A stretch of 29,888 nucleotides of DNA from Utricularia gibba (Eukaryota; Plantae; Magnoliophyta), in NCBI GenBank assembly GCA_002189035.1, contig NEEC01000368.1:1-29888 (forward strand), given 5' to 3'. The translations under genes were made by a program, and so were the position numbers. Below, one piece after another: positions 1 to 12,100 of this stretch; positions within the stretch are counted from its first letter, which is position 1, and the number at the start of each line of letters is the position of its first letter. The notes beneath the pieces are model-generated. The model was not told the DNA's origin, did no database searches, and saw only the letters and a program-made list of their open reading frames with translations.

Positions 1-107
1 GGGGAGTAACCCCGTGCGCGATAGGATACGCGTCTCGCCAGCTTGCGGTGTGGCGGGCGGCGACCCGACCAGACCCGTCCGTACACCCCCTCGGAACACC
101 TCCCCCT
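1..107 (-). other. Start of the 5' external transcribed spacer of the neighbouring rDNA unit
   Basis: Positions 1-~110 repeat 27924-28033 almost exactly (ggggagtaaccccgtgcgcgataggatacgcg...), the segment lying between the IGS repeats and the 18S-proximal ETS. Confidence 0.7.
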
Positions 108-182
108 CAAGAAGGGAGAACATGCCAAAACCCAGGTGGCACCGGACATCAAAATGTCGAAAAAGCGTGACTTTTTCGGTGG
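97..182 (-). promoter_or_regulatory. Putative RNA Pol I gene promoter / start site of the neighbouring unit (TIS ~107)
   Basis: Same gene-proximal module variant as 28020-28110 (cccaggtgg...accggacatcaaaatg). Minus strand reads TTCTTGAGGGGGAGGTGTTCCGAGGGGG. Confidence 0.5.
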
Positions 183-189
183 GCCACAT

Positions 190-3100
190 GGCGACCCGAG
201 GGTGGGCCCGGTGCCTCCAGAGACACCTCCCCCTCAAGAAGGGAGAACATGCCAAAACTTGGGTGACGGCAGTGGACATCGAAATGTCGAAAAAAGCGTG
301 ACTTTTGTCGCGGGCGCGCCGAGCGTCCCGTGCGCTCGGCACCGCTACGCCGTCCCGCGCGCCATGCCCGCGCGGTCCTCAGCATGCTATAATCGATTCC
401 GCGAGCACGGGCGATGAGCGTCGTGCGCACGCAGCATCGCCATCTCGTTCGTTGGCCCGCTCCGCCCGGCATTGGGGGGGGAACCCGCCCCTCCCCGGAC
501 GCCATACCGCGCGCGCGCGTCGTCCGTCGGCGGCGTCGGCAAAAAGGCTAAGGCGCGCGCGCGCGCGTGGGGGTGCTTCCGCACCCCCTCGCTCTTGCGC
601 ATCACCCGCTCCACCATGCCGCGGCGTGCCTGATTCCCACGGTTTCTCGATGCGCCACCCCGATCACCGTATCGCCGCGCCCCGCGCATGGCCATGCGCG
701 TCGCGGACACTCCCGCGCGAGTCACCGCCCGCGCATGCTCGAGCGAGCCGTTACTAGGGCGAGCGTCCCGATCGAGTGACCGTTCCGCGCATGCTCGAGC
801 GGGGCGTGCGTGCGGGCGTCCTGCGCGAGTCATTCCCCGCGCATGCTCGACCAACTTGAGGGGGAACCCACCCCTCCACGTCCGCACGCCGGGGCCACAA
901 GGCCCCAGAGGGTGGGCCCGGTGCCTCCAGGACACCCTCCCCCTCAAGAAGGGAGAACATGCCAAAACCTAGGTGACGGCACTGGACATCCAAATGTCGA
1001 AAAAAGCGTGACTTTTTTCGGTGGGCCACATGGCACCCGGTGGGGGCCCGTGCCTCCAGAGACACCTCCCCCTCAAGAAGGGAGAACATGCCAAAACTGG
1101 GTGACGGCAGTGGACATCGAAATGTCGAAAAAAGCGTGACTTTTGTCGCGGGCGCGCCGAGCGTCCCGTGCGCTCGGCACCGCTACGCCGTCCCGCGCGC
1201 CATGCCCGCGCGGTCCTCAGCATGCTATAATCGATTCCGCGAGCACGGGCGATGAGCGTCGTGCGCACGCAGCATCGCCATCTCGTTCGTTGGCCCGCTC
1301 CGCCCGGGCATTGGTGGGAGGGGGAACCCGCCCCTCCCCGGACGCCATACCGCGCGCGCGCGTCGTCCGTCGGCCGTCGGCAAAGGCTAAGGCTAAGGCG
1401 CGCGCGCGCGCGTGGGGGTGCTTCCGCACCCCCTCGCTCTTGCGCATCCCCGCTCCACATGCCGCGGCGTGCCTGATTCCCACGGTTTCTCATCACCCGA
1501 TCACCGTATCGCCGCGCCCCCGCGCATGGCGAGCATGGCGCGTCGCGACACTCCCGCGCGAGTCACCGCCCGCGCATGCTCGAGCGAGCCGTTACTAGGG
1601 CGAGCGTCCCGATCGAGTGACCGTTCCGCGCATGCTCGAGCGGGGCGTGCGTGCGGGCGTCCTGCGCGAGTCATTCCCGCGCATGCTCGACCAACTTGAG
1701 GGGGAACCCACCCCTCCACGTCCGCACGCCGGGGCCACAAGGGCCCCAGAGGGTGGGCCCGGTGCCTCCAGGACACCTCCCCCTCAAGAAGGGAGAACAT
1801 GCCAAAACCTAGGTGACGGCACTGGACATCCAAATGTCGAAAAAAGCGTGACTTTTTTCGGTGGGCCACATGGCACCCGAGGGTGGGCCCAGTGCCTCCA
1901 GAGACACCTCCCCCCTCAAGAAGGGAGAACATGCCAAAACTTGGGTGACGGCAGTGGACATCGAAATGTCGAAAAAAGCGTGACTTTTGTCGCGGGCGCG
2001 CCGAGCGTCCCGTGCGCTCGGCACCGCTACGCCGTCCCGCGCGCCATGCCCGCGCGGTCCTCAGCATGCTATAATCGATTCCGCGAGCACGGGCGATGAG
2101 CGTCGTGCGCACGCAGCATCGCCATCTCGTTCGTTGGCCCGCTCCGCCCGGGCATTGGTGGGAGGGGGAACCCGCCCCTCCCCGGACGCCATACCGCGCG
2201 CGCGTCGTCCGTCGGCCGTCGGCAAAGGCTAAGGCTAAGGCGCGCGCGCGCGCGTGGGGGTGCTTCCGCACCCCCTCGCTCTTGCGCATCACCCGCTCCA
2301 CCATGCCGCGGCGTGCCTGATTCCCACGGTTTCTCGATGCGCCACCCCCGATCACCGTATCGCCGCGCCCCGCGCATGGCGAGCATGGCGCGTCGCGGAC
2401 ACTCCCGCGCGAGTCACCGCCCCGCGCATGCTCGAGCGAGCCGTTACTAGGGCGAGCGTCCCGATCGAGTGACCGTTCCGCGCATGCTCGAGCGGGGCGT
2501 GCGTGCGGGCGTCCTGCGCGAGTCATTCCCCGCGCATGCTCGACCAACTTGAGGGGGAACCCACCCCTCCACGTCCGCACGCCGGGGCCACAAGGGCCCC
2601 AGAGGGTGGGCCCGGTGCCTCCAGGACACCTCCCCCTCAAGAAGGGAGAACATGCCAAAACCTAGGTGACGGCACTGGACATCCAAATGTCGAAAAAAGC
2701 GTGACTTTTTTCGGTGGGCCACATGGCACCCTGAGGGTGGGCCCAGTGCCTCCAGAGACACCTCCCCCTCAAGAAGGGAGAACATGCCAAAACTTGGGTG
2801 ACGGCAGTGGACATCGAAATGTCGAAAAAAGCGTGACTTTTGTCGCGGGCGCGCCGAGCGTCCCGTGCGCTCGGCACCGCTACGCCGTCCCGCGCGCCAT
2901 GCCCGCGCGGTCCTCAGCATGCTATAATCGATTCCGCGAGCACGGGCGATGAGCGTCGTGCGCACGCAGCATCGCCATCTCGTTCGTTGGCCCGCTCCGC
3001 CCGGGCATTGGTGGGAGGGGGAACCCGCCCCTCCCCGGACGCCATACCGCGCGCGCGCGTCGTCCGTCGGCCGTCGGCAAAGGCTAAGGCTAAGGCGCGC

Positions 3101-6100
3101 GCGCGCGCGTGGGGGTGCTTCCGCACCCCCTCGCTCTTGCGCATCACCCGCTCCACCATGCCGCGGCGTGCCTGATTCCCACGGTTTCTCGATGCGCCAC
3201 CCCCGATCACCGTATCGCCGCGCCCCGCGCATGGCGAGCATGGCGCGTCGCGGACACTCCCGCGCGAGTCACCGCCCCGCGCATGCTCGAGCGAGCCGTT
3301 ACTAGGGCGAGCGTCCCGATCGAGTGACCGTTCCGCGCATGCTCGAGCGGGGCGTGCGTGCGGGCGTCCTGCGCGAGTCATTCCCCGCGCATGCTCGACC
3401 AACTTGAGGGGGAACCCACCCCTCCACGTCCGCACGCCGGGGCCACAAGGGCCCCAGAGGGTGGGCCCGGTGCCTCCAGGACACCTCCCCCCTCAAGAAG
3501 GGAGAACATGCCAAAACCTAGGTGACGGCACTGGACATCCAAATGTCGAAAAAAGCGTGACTTTTTTCGGTGGGCCACATGGCACCCTGAGGGTGGGCCC
3601 AGTGCCTCCAGAGACACCTCCCCCCTCAAGAAGGGAGAACATGCCAAAACTTGGGTGACGCAGTGGACATCGAAATGTCGAAAAAAAGCGTGACTTTTGT
3701 CGCGGGCGCGCCGAGCGTCCCGTGCGCTCGGCACCGCTACGCCGTCCCGCGCGCCATGCCCGCGCGGTCCTCAGCATGCTATAATCGATTCCGCGAGCAC
3801 GGGCGATGAGCGTCGTGCGCACGCAGCATCGCCATCTCGTTCGTTGGCCCGCTCCGCCCGGGCATTGGTGGGAGGGGAACCCGCCCCTCCCCGGACGCCA
3901 TACCGCGCGCGCGCGTCGTCCGTCGGCCGTCGGCAAAGGCTAAGGCTAAGGGCGCGCGCGCGCGCGTGGGGGTGCTTCCGCACCCCCTCGCTCTTGCGCA
4001 TCACCCGCTCCACCATGCCGCGGCGTGCCTGATTCCCACGGTTTCTCGATGCGCCACCCCGATCACCGTATCGCCGCGCCCCGCGCATGGCGAGCATGGC
4101 GCGTCGCGGACACTCCCGCGCGAGTCACCGCCCCGCGCATGCTCGAGCGAGCCGTTACTAGGGCGAGCGTCCCGATCGAGTGACCGTTCCGCGCATGCTC
4201 GAGCGGGGCGTGCGTGCGGGCGTCCTGCGCGAGTCATTCCCCGCGCATGCTCGACCAACTTGAGGGGGAACCCACCCCTCCACGTCCGCACGCCGGGGCC
4301 ACAAGGGCCCCAGAGGGTGGGCCCGGTGCCTCCAGGACACCTCCCCCTCAAGAAGGGAGAACATGCCAAAACCTAGGTGACGGCACTGGACATCCAAATG
4401 TCGAAAAAAGCGTGACTTTTTTCGGTGGGCCACATGGCACCCTGAGGGTGGGCCCAGTGCCTCCAGAGACACCTCCCCCTCAAGAAGGGAGAACATGCCA
4501 AAACTTGGGTGACGGCAGTGGACATCGAAATGTCGAAAAAAGCGTGACTTTTGTCGCGGGCGCGCCGAGCGTCCCGTGCGCTCGGCACCGCTACGCCGTC
4601 CCGCGCGCCATGCCCGCGCGGTCCTCAGCATGCTATAATCGATTCCGCGAGCACGGGCGATGAGCGTCGTGCGCACGCAGCATCGCCATCTCGTTCGTTG
4701 GCCCGCTCCGCCCGGGCATTGGTGGGAGGGGAACCCGCCCCTCCCCGGACGCCATACCGCGCGCGCGCGTCGTCCGTCGGCCGTCGGCAAAGGCTAAGGC
4801 TAAGGCGCGCGCGCGCGTGGGGGTGCTTCCGCACCCCCTCGCTCTTGCGCATCACCCGCTCCACCATGCCGCGGCGTGCCTGATTCCCACGGTTTCTCGA
4901 TGCGCCACCCCCGATCACCGTATCGCCGCGCCCCGCGCATGGCGAGCATGGCGCGTCGCGGACACTCCCGCGCGAGTCACCGCCCCGCGCATGCTCGAGC
5001 GAGCCGTTACTAGGGCGAGCGTCCCGATCGAGTGACCGTTCCGCGCATGCTCGAGCGGGGCGTGCGTGCGGGTCCTGCGCGAGTCATTCCCCGCGCATGC
5101 TCGACCAACTTGAGGGGAACCCACCCCTCCACGTCCGCACGCCGGGGCCACAAGGGCCCCAGAGGGTGGGCCCGGTGCCTCCAGGACACCTCCCCCCTCA
5201 AGAAGGGAGAACATGCCAAAACCTAGGTGACGGCACTGGACATCCAAATGTCGAAAAAAGCGTGACTTTTTTCGGTGGGCCACATGGCACCCTGAGGGTG
5301 GGCCCAGTGCCTCCAGAGACACCTCCCCCCTCAAGAAGGGAGAACATGCCAAAACTTGGGTGACGGCAGTGGACATCGAAATGTCGAAAAAAGCGTGACT
5401 TTTGTCGCGGGCGCGCCGAGCGTCCCGTGCGCTCGGCACCGCTACGCCGTCCCGCGCGCCATGCCCGCGCGGTCCTCAGCATGCTATAATCGATTCCGCG
5501 AGCACGGGCGATGAGCGTCGTGCGCACGCAGCATCGCCATCTCGTTCGTTGGCCCGCTCCGCCCGGGCATTGGTGGGAGGGGAACCCGCCCCTCCCCGGA
5601 CGCCATACCGCGCGCGCGCGTCGTCCGTCGGCCGTCGGCAAAGGCTAAGGCTAAGGCGCGCGCGCGCGCGTGGGGGTGCTTCCGCACCCCCTCGCTCTTG
5701 CGCATCACCCGCTCCACCATGCCGCGGCGTGCCTGATTCCCACGGTTTCTCGATGCGCCACCCCCGATCACCGTATCGCCGCGCCCCGCGCATGGCGAGC
5801 ATGGCGCGTCGCGGACACTCCCGCGCGAGTCACCGCCCCGCGCATGCTCGAGCGAGCCGTTACTAGGGCGAGCGTCCCGATCGAGTGACCGTTCCGCGCA
5901 TGCTCGAGCGGGGCGTGCGTGCGGGCGTCCTGCGCGAGTCATCCCCGCGCATGCTCGACCAACTTGAGGGGGAACCCACCCCTCCACGTCCGCACGCCGG
6001 GGCCACAAGGGCCCCAGAGGTGGGCCCGGTGCCTCCAGGACACCTCCCCCCTCAAGAAGGGAGAACATGCCAAAACCTAGGTGACGGCACTGGACATCCA

Positions 6101-9100
6101 AATGTCGAAAAAAGCGTGACTTTTTTCGGTGGGCCACATGGCACCCTGAGGGTGGGCCCAGTGCCTCCAGAGACACCTCCCCCCTCAAGAAGGGAGAACA
6201 TGCCAAAACTTGGGTGACGGCAGTGGACATCGAAATGTCGAAAAAAGCGTGACTTTTGTCGCGGGCGCGCCGAGCGTCCCGTGCGCTCGGCACCGCTACG
6301 CCGTCCCGCGCGCCATGCCCGCGCGGTCCTCAGCATGCTATAATCGATTCCGCGAGCACGGGCGATGAGCGTCGTGCGCACGCAGCATCGCCATCTCGTT
6401 CGTTGGCCCGCTCCGCCCGGGCATTGGTGGGAGGGGAACCCGCCCCTCCCCGGACGCCATACCGCGCGCGCGCGTCGTCCGTCGGCCGTCGGCAAAGGCT
6501 AAGGCTAAGGCGCGCGCGCGCGCGTGGGGGTGCTTCCGCACCCCCTCGCTCTTGCGCATCACCCGCTCCACCATGCCGCGGCGTGCCTGATTCCCACGGT
6601 TTCTCGATGCGCCACCCCCGATCACCGTATCGCCGCGCCCCGCGCATGGCGAGCATGGCGCGTCGCGGACACTCCCGCGCGAGTCACCGCCCCGCGCATG
6701 CTCGAGCGAGCCGTTACTAGGGCGAGCGTCCCGATCGAGTGACCGTTCCGCGCATGCTCGAGCGGGGCGTGCGTGCGGGCGTCCTGCGCGAGTCATTCCC
6801 CGCGCATGCTCGACCAACTTGAGGGGGAACCCACCCCTCCACGTCCGCACGCCGGGGCACAAGGGCCCCAGAGGTGGGCCCGGTGCCTCCAGGACACCTC
6901 CCCCCTCAAGAAGAGAGAACATGCCAAAACCTAGGTGACGGCACTGGACATCCAAATGTCGAAAAAAGCGTGACTTTTTTCGGTGGGCCACATGGCACCC
7001 TGAGGGTGGGCCCAGTGCCTCCAGAGACACCTCCCCCCTCAAGAAGGGAGAACATGCCAAAACTTGGGTGACGGCAGTGGACATCGAAATGTCGAAAAAA
7101 GCGTGACTTTTGTCGCGGGCGCGCCGAGCGTCCCGTGCGCTCGGCACCGCTACGCCGTCCCGCGCGCCATGCCCGCGCGGTCCTCAGCATGCTATAATCG
7201 ATTCCGCGAGCACGGGCGATGAGCGTCGTGCGCACGCAGCATCGCCATCTCGTTCGTTGGCCCGCTCCGCCCGGGCATGGGAGGGGAACCCGCCCCTCCC
7301 CGGACGCCATACCGCGCGCGCGCGTCGTCCGTCGGCCGTCGGCAAAGGCTAAGGCTAAGGCGCGCGCGCGCGCGTGGGGGTGCTTCCGCACCCCCTCGCT
7401 CTTGCGCATCACCCGCTCCACCATGCCGCGGCGTGCCTGATTCCCACGGTTTCTCGATGCGCCACCCCCGATCACCGTATCGCCGCGCCCCGCGCATGGC
7501 GAGCATGGCGCGTCGCGGACACTCCCGCGCGAGTCACCGCCCCGCGCATGCTCGAGCGAGCCGTTACTAGGGCGAGCGTCCCGATCGAGTGACCGTTCCG
7601 CGCATGCTCGAGCGGGGCGTGCGTGCGGGCGTCCTGCGCGAGTCATTCCCCGCGCATGCTCGACCAACTTGAGGGGGAACCCACCCCTCCACGTCCGCAC
7701 GCCGGGGCCACAAGGGCCCCAGAGGGTGGGCCCGGTGCCTCCAGGACACCTCCCCCCTCAAGAAGGGAGAACATGCCAAAACCTAGGTGACGGCACTGGA
7801 CATCCAAATGTCGAAAAAAGCGTGACTTTTTTCGGTGGGCCACATGGCACCCTGAGGGTGGGCCCAGTGCCTCCAGAGACACCTCCCCCTCAAGAAGGGA
7901 GAACATGCCAAAACTTGGGTGACGGCAGTGGACATCGAAATGTCGAAAAAAGCGTGACTTTTGTCGCGGGCGCGCCGAGCGTCCCGTGCGCTCGGCACCG
8001 CTACGCCGTCCCGCGCGCCATGCCCGCGCGGTCCTCAGCATGCTATAATCGATTCCGCGAGCACGGGCGATGAGCGTCGTGCGCACGCAGCATCGCCATC
8101 TCGTTCGTTGGCCCGCTCCGCCCGGGCATTGGTGGGAGGGGAACCCGCCCCTCCCCGGACGCCATACCGCGCGCGCGCGTCGTCCGTCGGCCGTCGGCAA
8201 AGGCTAAGGCTAAGGCGCGCGCGCGCGCGTGGGGTGCTTCCGCACCCCCTCGCTCTTGCGCATCACCCGCTCCACCATGCCGCGGCGTGCCTGATTCCCA
8301 CGGTTTCTCGATGCGCCACCCCCGATCACCGTATCGCCGCGCCCCGCGCATGGCGAGCATGGCGCGTCGCGGACACTCCCGCGCGAGTCACCGCCCCGCG
8401 CATGCTCGAGCGAGCCGTTACTAGGGCGAGCGTCCCGATCGAGTGACCGTTCCGCGCATGCTCGAGCGGGGCGTGCGTGCGGGCGTCCTGCGCGAGTCAT
8501 TCCCCGCGCATGCTCGACCAACTTGAGGGGGAACCCACCCCTCCACGTCCGCACGCCGGGGCCACAAGGGCCCCAGAGGGTGGGCCCGGTGCCTCCAGGA
8601 CACCTCCCCCCTCAAGAAGGGAGAACATGCCAAAACCTAGGTGACGGCACTGGACATCCAAATGTCGAAAAAAGCGTGACTTTTTTCGGTGGGCCACATG
8701 GCACCCTGAGGGTGGGCCCAGTGCCTCCAGAGACACCTCCCCCCTCAAGAAGGGGAAACATGCCAAAACTTGGGTGACGGCAGTGGACATCGAAATGTCG
8801 AAAAAAAGCGTGACTTTTGTCGCGGGCGCGCCGAGCGTCCCGTGCGCTCGGCACCGCTACGCCGTCCCGCGCGCCATGCCCGCGCGGTCCTCAGCATGCT
8901 ATAATCGATTCCGCGAGCACGGGCGATGAGCGTCGTGCGCACGCAGCATCGCCATCTCGTTCGTTGGCCCGCTCCGCCCGGGCATTGGTGGGGGGGAACC
9001 CGCCCCTCCCCGGACGCCATACCGCGCGCGCGCGCGTCGTCCGTCGGCCGTCGGCAAAGGCTAAGGCTAAGGCGCGCGCGCGCGCGTGGGGGTGCTTCCG

Positions 9101-12100
9101 CACCCCTCGCTCTTGCGCATCACCCGCTCCACCATGCCGCGGCGTGCCTGATTCCCACGGTTTCTCGATGCGCCACCCCCGATCACCGTATCGCCGCGCC
9201 CCGCGCATGGCGAGCATGGCGCGTCGCGGACACTCCCGCGCGAGTCACCGCCCCGCGCATGCTCGAGCGAGCCGTTACTAGGGCGAGCGTCCCGATCGAG
9301 TGACCGTTCCGCGCATGCTCGAGCGGGCGTGCGTGCGGGCGTCTGCGCGAGTCATTCCCCGCGCATGCTCGACCAACTTGAGGGGAACCCACCCCTCCAC
9401 GTCCGCACGCCGGGGCCACAAGGGCCCCAGAGGGTGGGCCCGGTGCCTCCAGGACACCTCCCCCCTCAAGAAGGGAGAACATGCCAAAACCTAGGTGACG
9501 GCACTGGACATCCAAATGTCGAAAAAAGCGTGACTTTTTTCGGTGGGCCACATGGCACCCTGAGGGTGGGCCCAGTGCCTCCAGAGACACCTCCCCCCTC
9601 AAGAAGGGGAGAACATGCCAAAACTTGGGTGACGGCAGTGGACATCGAAATGTCGAAAAAAGCGTGACTTTTGTCGCGCGGGCGCGCCGAGCGTCCCGTG
9701 CGCTCGCACCGCTACGCCGTCCCGCGCGCCATGCCCGCGCGGTCCTCAGCATGCTATAATCGATTCCGCGAGCACGGGCGATGAGCGTCGTGCGCACGCA
9801 GCATCGCCATCTCGTTCGTTGGCCCGCTCCGCCCGGGCATTGGTGGGAGGGGGAACCCGCCCCTCCCCGGACGCCATACGCGCGCGCGCGTCGTCCGTCG
9901 GCCGTCGGCAAAGGCTAAGGCTAAGGCGCGCGCGCGCGCGTGGGGTGCTTCCGCACCCCCTCGCTCTTGCGCATCACCCGCTCCACCATGCCGCGGCGTG
10001 CCTGATTCCCACGGTTTCTCGATGCGCCACCCCCGATCACCGTATCGCCGCGCCCCGCGCATGGCGAGCATGGCGCGTCGCGGACACTCCCGCGCGAGTC
10101 ACCGCCCCGCGCATGCTCGAGCGAGCCGTTACTAGGGCGAGCGTCCCGATCGAGTGACCGTTCCGCGCATGCTCGAGCGGGGCGTGCGTGCGGGCGTCCT
10201 GCGCGAGTCATTCCCCGCGCATGCTCGACCAACTTGAGGGGGAACCCACCCCTCCACGTCCGCACGCCGGGGCCACAAGGGCCCCAGAGGGTGGGCCCGG
10301 TGCCTCCAGGACACCTCCCCCTCAAGAAGGGAGAACATGCCAAAACCTAGGTGACGGCACTGGACATCCAAATGTCGAAAAAAGCGTGACTTTTTTCGGT
10401 GGGCCACATGGCACCCTGAGGGTGGGCCAGTGCCTCCAGAGACACCTCCCCCCTCAAGAAGGAGAACATGCCAAAACTTGGTGACGGCAGTGGACATCGA
10501 AATGTCGAAAAAAGCGTGACTTTTGTCGCGGGCGCGCCGAGCGTCCCGTGCGCTCGGCACCGCTACGCCGTCCGCGCGCGCCATGCCCGCGCGGTCCTCA
10601 GCATGCTATAATCGATTCCGCGAGCACGGCGATGAGCGTCGTGCGCACGCAGCATCGCCATCTCGTTCGTTGGCCCGCTCCGCCCGGGCATTGGTGGGAG
10701 GGGGAACCCGCCCCTCCCCGGACGCCATACCGCGCGCGCGTCGTCCGTCGGCCGTCGGCAAAGGCTAAGGCTAAGGCGCGCGCGCGCGCGTGGGGGTGCT
10801 TCCGCACCCCCTCGCTCTTGCGCATCACCCGCTCCACCATGCCGCGGCGTGCCTGATTCCCACGGTTTCTCGATGCGCCACCCCCGATCACCGTATCGCC
10901 GCGCCCCGCGCATGGCGAGCATGGCGCGTCGCGGACACTCCCGCGCGAGTCACCGCCCGCGCATGCTCGAGCGAGCCGTTACTAGGGCGAGCGTCCCGAT
11001 CGAGTGACCGTTCCGCGCATGCTCGAGCGGGGCGTGCGTGCGGGCGTCCTGCGCGAGTCATTCCCCGCGCATGCTCGACCAACTTGAGGGGGAACCCACC
11101 CCTCCACGTCCGCACGCCGGGGCCACAAGGGCCCCAGAGGGTGGGCCCGGTGCCTCCAGGACACCTCCCCCCTCAAGAAGGGAGAACATGCCAAAACCTA
11201 GGTGACGGCACTGGACATCCAAATGTCGAAAAAAGCGTGACTTTTTTCGGTGGGCCACATGGCACCCTGAGGGTGGGCCCAGTGCCTCCAGAGACACCTC
11301 CCCCCTCAAGAAGGGAGAACATGCCAAAACTTGGTGACGGCAGTGGACATCGAAATGTCGAAAAAAGCGTGACTTTTGTCGCGGGCGCGCCGAGCGTCCC
11401 GTGCGCTCGGCACCGCTACGCCGTCCCGCGCGCCATGCCCGCGCGGTCCTCAGCATGCTATAATCGATTCCGCGAGCACGGGCGATGAGCGTCGTGCGCA
11501 CGCAGCATCGCCATCTCGTTCGTTGCCCGCTCCGCCCCGCCCGGGCATTGTGGGAGGGGGAACCCGCCCCTCCCCGGACGCCATACCGCGCGCGCGCGTC
11601 GTCCGTCGGCCGTCGGCAAAGGCTAAGGCTAAGGCGCGCGCGCGCGCGTGGGGGTGCTTCCGCACCCCCTCGCTCTTGCGCATCACCCGCTCCACCATGC
11701 CGCGGCGTGCCTGATTCCCACGGTTTCTCGATGCGCCACCCCCGATCACCGTATCGCCGCGCCCCGCGCATGGCGAGCATGGCGCGTCGCGGACACTCCC
11801 GCGCGAGTCACCGCCCCGCGCATGCTCGAGCGAGCCGTTACTAGGGCGAGCGTCCCGATCGAGTGACCGTTCCGCGCATGCTCGAGCGGGGCGTGCGTGC
11901 GGGCGTCCTGCGCGAGTCATTCCCCGCGCATGCTCGACCAACTTGAGGGGGAACCCACCCCTCCACGTCCGCACGCCGGGGCCACAAGGGCCCCAGAGGG
12001 TGGGCCCGGTGCCTCCAGGACACCTCCCCCTCAAGAAGGGAGAACATGCCAAAACCTAGGTGACGGCACTGGACATCCAAATGTCGAAAAAAGCGTGACT

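Noticed and set aside
385-395. TATAAT in each type-A unit (Pribnow or TATA-like)
   Set aside because: A single hexamer on the antisense strand with no following G-run and no other support.
747-760. 13-nt match gccgttactaggg between the type-A unit and the 25S 5' region (~24117-24129)
   Set aside because: A 13-mer match between an 850-bp unit and 5.7 kb of GC-rich rRNA is plausible by chance, and the flanks do not extend it.
1-1960. Sequence differences between the first units here and their equivalents at 27924-29888
   Set aside because: They are almost all small indels concentrated at the window start, consistent with read noise rather than real inter-unit divergence.
2548-2641. Fold-back element as a MITE
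   Set aside because: No target-site duplication or empty site is visible, and one arm is part of the promoter-like module itself.
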